This document shows positions 49,401 to 58,400 of a DNA stretch of 64,000 bases, piece after piece. The stretch's first letter is position 1, and every line of letters begins with the position of its first letter. The notes beneath the pieces were generated by a model that saw only the letters and a program-made list of their open reading frames with translations, did not search any database and was not told where the DNA came from. Source of the DNA: a virus (lineage: Duplodnaviria > Caudoviricetes). The DNA lies in the IMG/VR virus record IMGVR_UViG_2061766007_000047, positions 1 through 64,000 of that record, one strand, 5' to 3'. A program made the translations under genes and the position numbers.

Positions 49401-52400
49401 TCTTCATGTTCTTCAAGGTATTCAGCCAATCCATCAGCAAATTCTCTGATAGCCTTAATGATATTCGTTCCGTTATCATCAAAGAAGATAGCAATACCAT
49501 TTATGATACCAACAAGGATACCTGCCATGGTTGTGCCAAGTTCATAGAAGGAATTACTTGCAAACATCTCTTTAAAGATGTTTGATATGAAAGTGCTAAA
49601 TGACTTAAATGCATTCTCAATGTCTTGTTTTATTTTATTTCTATTAGCATAGAGTTCATCAATTACATCAGCAATACCTGCACCAATCTGTTTACCAAGT
49701 TCTTCCCAATCAATACCCTCAATTACAGCAAAGATTGTAAATGCCAACTTGATTGTTGCTTTACCTACATTAGTAATGATTCTCTGAATCTGTCCCGATT
49801 GAACGATGCCATTGAGATAGTTCGATATTCTTGTTGCTAAATCATCCCAATCAATAGTTAGAACATCTTCTGTGAACTCAGCGACAAACTTAAGACCCCT
49901 AATAGTTAAATCGCCAAACATTCTCCAAAAGTTATCGTTATGAATGGTATCGTTGATAAACTTAAATATCTTATCACCAATTCTATACAGATTGTCTTCA
50001 AGGGTCTTCCAATCAATAGAATCATAAGTAATTGCAAGGTGATTGAATATCCAATCAGCAAGAGAGAAATCTGCGGGGATAGCATCAAGAATACCCTTAA
50101 CCGCGTTAGACAACGCATTAAGCGCATCAGCAGGAAGCTTAAATAATGTATCCCAATTAACATTCTGCAATCCTGTAATAAGTGAATCAGCAATTGCCTT
50201 ACCAATGTCATAAGCCTTTAACTTCTTAATAGCCTTATCAAACAAATCAATAATGCCATTTACAAAGTTACTAATAGAAACAAATATATCAGTTAAGAAT
50301 TTTTCATCAGTAAACAGACCATTGACAACATCTGCGATATTCTGCGCCCATTTGTCAATAGCTTCATAAAATTCATCCCATCTAATTCCTTCAAGGAATC
50401 TCTCAATCGCTAATTTAAGTGAATCAACAGCATTGGCAAAATCAATATCACCAAGCTTATTGAATGCTTCAAGGACAATGTTTACAAACTTAGCAATAGA
50501 ATCGCCAAGAGTAATCCAAAATTCCTTATTAGCCATTGCTGTGTTGATGAAATCAACAAGTCCTGTTACCCAACCTTCAACAGTATGACGAAGACGTTCC
50601 CAATCAAACTTTTGAAGTGCTTCTGCAATGCTATCTGTTAGCTGTTGAGCCATTCCGCTAAAATCAAACGTCCAAGCCCATTCTTCAAAGAATCTCATAA
50701 TAGCATCGAGAGTGTTGACAATAAGAGTAACTATTCTATCCCATAGCTTTTCATCAGCAAAGATATCATTCCAAAATTCAGCTAATTTATGCGCCCACTT
50801 AGTTACGGTTCTATAAACTCTATCCCAATCAATTTGGTCGATAGCATTTACGATGAACTCTGAAAGCCATGCGGCTAAAGCATGAGGGTCAAAATTATCT
50901 GCCAACCTTTCAAGTATCACAAATACCGTATTGATAAGGTCGCCAAGAGTCTTTCCAAGCCACTCGGCTAAATCAAGCCTAGATAAGATGTAGTTAATAT
51001 AACCCATAACCTTATCTATAAAATCTTCGATTGTCTTCCAAATCTTCTGCCAATCAATATTCTTTAGGAAGTCAACAATCTTATCAATAATATCCTTAAG
51101 AGCAGGGATATTTAAGCCAAATCCCTCGTCTATCCAAACTTTCTCAAATTCTATATCGGGAGTAACACCCCCTTTATCCTGCTTATCGTTAAGGATATTT
51201 AATTCATCAAGACCGTTTGTAAGGTTCTTAGCTTTCTTTGCTGTTTCGTCTAAGCTATCACCATAGCTTTCATAGAACTTCTTTGCTCTGAGGTAATATG
51301 GCTGTCCCGTCAAAATAGCCATAAACTTAGCCATATTCTCAGCCATTCCTTGAAGTGATGTAAGGAATGTTTCAGCAGGAGCAGATATGGCATTGATAAG
51401 TGGCTCAAAGATAGCTACCACTTGGTTAGCTAATCTTCTAAGAGCAGAGAATACGATAGATACGTTGTATTCCAACTGCAACATAGCATCATCGGCATTT
51501 TTCTCAAAGAGAACCATATCCTCAAATGCTTGTTTCATCTTATTAAAGAATGCTGTAATTGACTTTCTCATAAGCATACGAGTCATCATTGAGAAATATC
51601 TTGTCAATGTCTTTACTGCACCCTTCAATATATGGGTCTGCTTAATTATCTTTGAAAGTTGGAAATTGCTATTAACAAGCGTCTTCACAAATTTAGGTGA
51701 AACAGCCATCATAATAGACTTAATTCCCTTAACAGCAGGGGCAACTGCACCACCTAATTTACCAAAGATAGAGATAATTTTACCGCTAACTTCTCCAATT
51801 TTATGCAAGGCACTTACGACTATCTCTGCCCCACTCTTTACAGCCGACGCAACCTTACTTACTGCACCCGCAACAGCGTTAAATGCTCCAACAACCTTAT
51901 CAAGCATGGTCTTAGCAAATTGAGTAAGACTCTGAACAAATTGAATCAAAGTATCTCTCACCTTACTCATTGTCTTCCACCATGTTTGAATTACAGCAAC
52001 TACAACACCAACTACTGCGGATACCTGTGCTACTGCGGTTGCTACTGTTCCAAGTGTTCCTGCAAGTGACGAAAGTGATGCAAGTTGTGAATCGCCCATA
52101 ACGGCTGTTCCATCCTTAACAGCCTTACCAAACATATTGGAGATATTTCCAAGCGCACCAAGAACAGGATTCTTACTACCCGACAGCATAGAACCGAATT
52201 GTCCAAAACCATTTCCTACACTATCGCGCATTTCCTGTGAAGCACGTTCTGCTTCATCAGCCATTCGAGTCATTTCATCAGCCGCTATTCTAGCGGAATC
52301 AGCAACATCCTCAATGGAAAGTTCCATATTTTTAAGGGCTTCATCAGAATCCTCGATTTCCTTCGTTATTTCATCCATTCTAATACGGATTACTTCAAAC

Positions 52401-55400
52401 ATCTGTCCCATATTAGAACCCGAAGGAGCATCAAATCCCTTAAAGCGTTTCATTACCTCTTCATAACGCTTATATTCTTGCTTAAGGTTAGCTAAATATT
52501 GCGCACCCTCTGCATAAGTTTCAAAACGAGGTGCAGATTCAATCGCAATATGAAGATTTCTGATTGTATCTCTTAAGCTGTCTGCTTTCGCTCTTAACTG
52601 CTCATAGAGAACCATCTGCCTTTCAGTAAGTTCGGGCTTATCATTAACAACATTACTACGATTAACTTTTGCCTTTTCCTCTTCGATTCTCTTCATCGTA
52701 GAGTGAAGCATTCTTTCAGCTTCTCTAAGCTGTTTTCTTAAACTATTTACAGGCGCAGTTAAATCAAAGAGATGCGAGTAATCAACATCATCAATAGCTT
52801 CATTAAGGTTTCTAGCAAATCTGCTATACTCTTCATCCGTCTTCTGAATTACACGACTAAAGTTTGCAACGCCATCGCTATCGAGCGTAATGTTAATCTT
52901 ATTATTGCTACCTTTAATGTTTGCTAAGTGGTCTGCGAGTTTAGCAAGGGCTTCTACAATAACCTCAAGCTTATCAGCTTCTACGTTCTTCATATCTGCC
53001 TGTGTAAGAGTCTTAATTACATCGGCAACACCCTTGAACGCATTCTTATCAATACTAGGCGCACCGCCTAATATCATAACGAGATTATTCAGTTCCTCAT
53101 TAAGTGCCTTAAACTTAGTTGTATCAAGCTTATTGACACCTTCAATACTCTTTACAGTAGACAGAATTACCTGTGCATTCTGCATTGAAGAATCGGTGTA
53201 CTGCAATGTATCAAGAAGCTGTGTTAATGGCTGTGTATTGATAAATGTATCTTTCGGGATACTTCTAAGAACAGAAAGTATCTGTCCAACGCCCTGCGCA
53301 AAATCAGCTAATTTAGGAAGTGAAAGACCATTAAATTCCTTAAGGGTTACTCCAAGATTTGCAATAGCATTGTCTTTCGGGTCAAATCCCTCGTCCTTCT
53401 TAGCTAAATCAATCAGCTTATGAATTGCATTAAGTGTGAAGGAAATCTTATCAAATCCTTTAGGAAGGTCTTCATAAAATTTCCTTAACTGATTAGCTAA
53501 TGTTGTAAGTGTCTTGTTACTTCCCTGTAAATCGGTATACTTAAGAGAGTTAAGCAGGATACCAACGGGCTGTGCCATGTTGGTAAGCTTATCAAACTTC
53601 GCACCAAGAACATCGATATTCTTATCCTTTGCAAGTTTCTCTAAATCTTCAAGAAGAGTCCTTAATGGAGATATGTCTACCGTCTTGCCCTTAAGTTGAT
53701 TAAGCGCACTAAGAAGAGTACCAAGTCCTTGTCCAAGACCTGCTACGTTCTTATAAGAGTCATTCAGCTTCTTAAATTCTTTTAGAGTATCAAATAACGC
53801 GCTATTGGTTACAGGTTGAAGTGCATCTGTAAAATCAGTTGAAATAATCTCAATGTTTGACCTTACATCATACAGAGCGTCAGACGCATTCTTAAAAGAA
53901 GAAACCATAAGGTTCATAGTATCTCTTACAGAACCCGATTGAGTTGCTATCGCTCCATACGCCTTATAAAGTGCTTCAAGAACATGAGTAATCTTCGTTG
54001 CACTTGATACAAATTCATCATTATTGAAAGCATTTTTGATAGCAGTTCCGATAGCTTCAATACTTCCAACATCAATTTGTTTTGTTTCTTTCAGAGCAGT
54101 AACAAGCTGTGCTAATGCACTTGTTATATTAGATACATTAGTGTATTGTCTGCCCGTCAAAACCCCATCAAACGAACCAAGAGCAGTTGCAATCTTATTG
54201 ATATACTCAAAGTCACTCTTCTTAGAACCCTTCATAGCTTCGGTAGCTTTTGAAAGGTTCATAAGACCAACAGAAATCTCATTTAAACCAACAAGGTTAG
54301 AATCAAGTCCATTAAACTCATGGAGTGCCTTACCCAAGTCGCCAAGTCTATTGATATTTCCTTGCGAAATTTTCTCTATATTAGATACTTTAACAAGGAC
54401 ATTAACCATCTTATCAACGCCGTTATAAATAGCGTTGAGTCCTTCAAGACTCTTTCCAAGTTCAGCAAACTCTTGTAATGCCTTACCCAAATTACCAAAT
54501 TGAGTAATTGCTGACCCTGCTTTGCCCTTATATTCAGACAGCATCTTTAAGGTGTCTATCATTAAGACAACACCCTTATGTACCTTTTCTATTCCTTCAA
54601 GGCTTGTTCCAAGATTAGCAAATGCCTGTAATGCTTCTCCAAGAGCCTTGAATTGTTCGATTGAGCCACTTGCATCACCCGTGTACTCAGATAATATCTT
54701 AAGAACATCAACAAGCTTATTGATACCACCTACAGCATCATCAAGTCCTTCAAGCTTCTTTGAAATACCATCAAGTTTACTGATAGTATCAACGAAATCG
54801 TTGAGAAGCTTAATCATATCGCTTATAGCCGAAGGTTCTTCTTCAACTTTAGGAATAGATGCTTTTGGAGTTCTAGCGTATGTCTGTTCCCTTACGTCAG
54901 AATTTTGGAATTTAGCATACGTCTGCGTCTTTACATCAAAAGCATTTGATTTCTGTCTACCACCAAAAATCTTATTCTGCCATTGATACATTTCTTGAAG
55001 CTGTTTATTAGCTTCTATCATAGCTGAATTTTCTTTTTCTAATTCAGCCACATTAACATATTGTCCAAGATTAGCGTCAACACCCTTTAATTGAGCGACC
55101 AACTCTTGTTGTCTTTTCACCCACTTCGGGAGGGCTTCTTCATAAATATTTTGATTTTCACCGCCCGATATAGTAGCAATTCTACCTTTAATACTCTTAA
55201 GCATATCAGCATTAAAGTTTACGCGTTCCGTTACTTTCACTAACTGATTAAGAATATCAATTCTCTCATTTATAAGACTTTCAAGGGTCTTGTTATCGGC
55301 TTCAACACTTTGAGTTAAGCCACTCTCGCCCGACACAGGAGAAGTAGAAAACTGTTTAGCAAGGGCATCACGATAAATAGACAATGCCTTTTCTGTTTCC

Positions 55401-58400
55401 TCTTGATAGCGAGTATACTTATCAAGCTGTTCCTTATAAGTATCAGCCCATTGTCCTGCGCTCTTATCAGACAATCCTTCCTTATAGGAAGCGACTCTTT
55501 CCTTGAAAAATTCAAGGTTATGTTCAAGTTGGCTTACCTTATCCTTAATAATACTACCGAACTTTTCAACATCCTTCGTGAGTTCTTCTGCCTGTTGGAT
55601 AACAAATGACTTACTTCCTTGCGTTGAGGTTTTTTCTTCCCTAATATTTGTGGCATCTCTAAGAATCTTTAAGGCTTGTTGACTCTCGCCAATTTGCCCC
55701 TTAATCTGTGTTATCTTGTCTTTATAGTTTTCTGTCCACTTACCCGCATTACCACTTGCCAATGCATCTTCATACTGAGCAAGTTCCTTTTGCTTTGTTT
55801 CAAGGAAGCCTTCTATCTGCTTTATTTTATCTCCAATAAGGTCTTTATACTTTTCAGTATCACTAGCAAATTCCTTTGCTTGACGGACAATAAAGGAATC
55901 CTTAGATGTTGTATTACCTTTAAATTGTTCAGATGCATTAAACTTAATTACTTCAAGTTCATTATTGTATTTCTTTGCAAGGTCAAAAGAATGCTGTGTA
56001 CCCTTGCTCACACCATCCCAAAATGCAACGACTTTTCTATCGTCAAATTGAGCGATATACTCATGCATTTGCTCGTTGCGCTTATATCCTGCGGATTTAC
56101 CATATTTATCCCACTCAGCAGGGAACTCTTTATAACCATATCCTTTTTCTTTAGCATAGCGTTTTGCAAGAGCATCTGCTCCCTGTGCGCCGCCACTAAC
56201 AATGGTTATCTTTTCGTATCCTTGTGCTACTCTATCAAGGACTTCTGCGAGTTGTTCGTAGTCACGGAATGTTCTTGAACCTACTACAAGAACATATTTC
56301 ATCTTATCCGCATCTTCGGTTACTTGATTTATAGAGCCATCTAACTCACCACCAATACTACTAGATGAAAACTTAGCCCATTCCTCAATCTGTCCCTCTA
56401 ATTCTGAAAGTCTTTCTTGTAGTCCTTCTCTTTCATAGTCAAGTTCACCCTGTTCCCATGCGGAAGCATAGCTTTGATTTATTTCAGCTAATCTAGCAAT
56501 AATCTGCGCACGTTCATCTATGGCGTGTTGGAGTAGCACATTATCCTTATCTACATTACCCGATACAGCATATAGCATATCGGTAAACGTATCTATAGGG
56601 AATGACTTATAGATTTCATTTGCATCATAGCCATGCATTGTAAGTGCATTCTTAAGAGAATCCTTAACAACACTTTGGAATTTATCGTCTGTAATAGCAC
56701 TACCAAATTTGTCATCGTAAACAGAAGAAAAAACATCTCTTATATAAGACCTAATAACAGCACTAAATCTCTCTGTTTGGCTACTATCCAAATTAAGTCC
56801 TTGGATAAACTGATTTGCAAGAGCATCGCCAATGTCATTAGCATTTATAAATTGACCATCCTTAATTTGACTCATATAACCATCAAAGATAGCCTTAATT
56901 TTTGAGAAATTATTATTAAGGGTTTCAGCATTAAACGCCTTTTCTATACGCCCGAATAATATGTCGGAAAATGCCGAGCCACCAAGAGCCTTTTCGATTT
57001 CACCCCTAGTTACAGTAAATAATTCATCTCCCATCTTATACAGGTTTTCACAGAATGATTCGTAAATTCCCATATAATCAGAAGGATTGATTTTACCATA
57101 ATCAATAGTTGAAAATTCCTTCAATCCTACAACTACTTGATGCCTAATGCCCTCAACATATTCCTGCACCCCCGAAAACCAATCGGAAGGAGAAAAAGAT
57201 GCAATATTAGAAGGGTGGCTATGGAAAAACGTATCAACAATTTCTCCAACCGCATCAAGTTCTTTTTGAAGAGCATATATTTGTTCCCCTGCAATAGAAT
57301 CACGCGAACCATGAATAACTTTTGAAGAAAAACCGCGTACCGAATCACCAAAAAGCCCTTGTTCGGGTCGCCATTCTACATCAGATGCCATATAAGAAGA
57401 AAGCCCCTTAACAACATCAGCAAAACCCGATACATTTGAAAGAGCCTTAGAAGCATCATCAGCGTTCTTTGCTAATGTTTCCATAAATTTAGCAAATTCG
57501 GCTGTGCTTCCTGCCGACTTTTCCATACCATCGGTAATTTCAGAAAATGAAATCATACCAAAAGCATTATGCACTCTATCTTCTGCTTTTGTCCTATCTG
57601 AAACAGCCTTATCCATTTCACTAGATAAAGCTTTAATTTGTTCTTGTGTATCTTTTAAATCTTCACCACGTTCAAAATTCGAACCCTTTTTATTTTTGGT
57701 GAGTTTTAAATCATATTCGCTGTTTACAAGATTAACAAATGTTCCAAGTTTTTCCTGTATTTCTTCCTCAATCTGAATAAGTTGATTTAAGGCTTTTGCT
57801 CTTTCAGCTTCCCTATCGATTGTACTTTGAACGTCAGAATCATCCCTTGGTTTTAATTCAGATGCTTTAGATGAAATCGCCTTTTGGACTTGTTCAAGCA
57901 TATTCTCCATATCAAGTGCTTGTTCTTTAAGTCCTTTGTATTCCTCATTGATTTTTACCGCAGTATCCCAATCTACACGAGGGAATATATTTTCAAGGCG
58001 AATCATATCGCCATTATTTTCGTTTATACGATTAGCAAGAAGTTTTCCCATCTCACTAAGTTTTTCAACAGGAAAACGGTTTGCAACTTTACTCCAATCT
58101 TCTTCCGCTGTTGCATAGAAAGCACGTATATTAGCTGTAATATCATCTGAACTAATATACTTTTCAATCTTCTCTAAAGCAGACTTTTTATAGGTTGCCA
58201 TATTAACATCGGGGAATGGCAAATCTATATCTTCTTTCGCTACGCTGTCGGCAACATCTGTCATATGTTTAGCACCATCCATCATAGCGCGTATAACTTT
58301 ATCATAAGCATTCTCAATATTTTCTATAAGAGTATCAGTTACTTGTCTACTCTTATCAAAACCAAGAATGTTTATAGGTTGACCACCAAGGTTTTTGATT

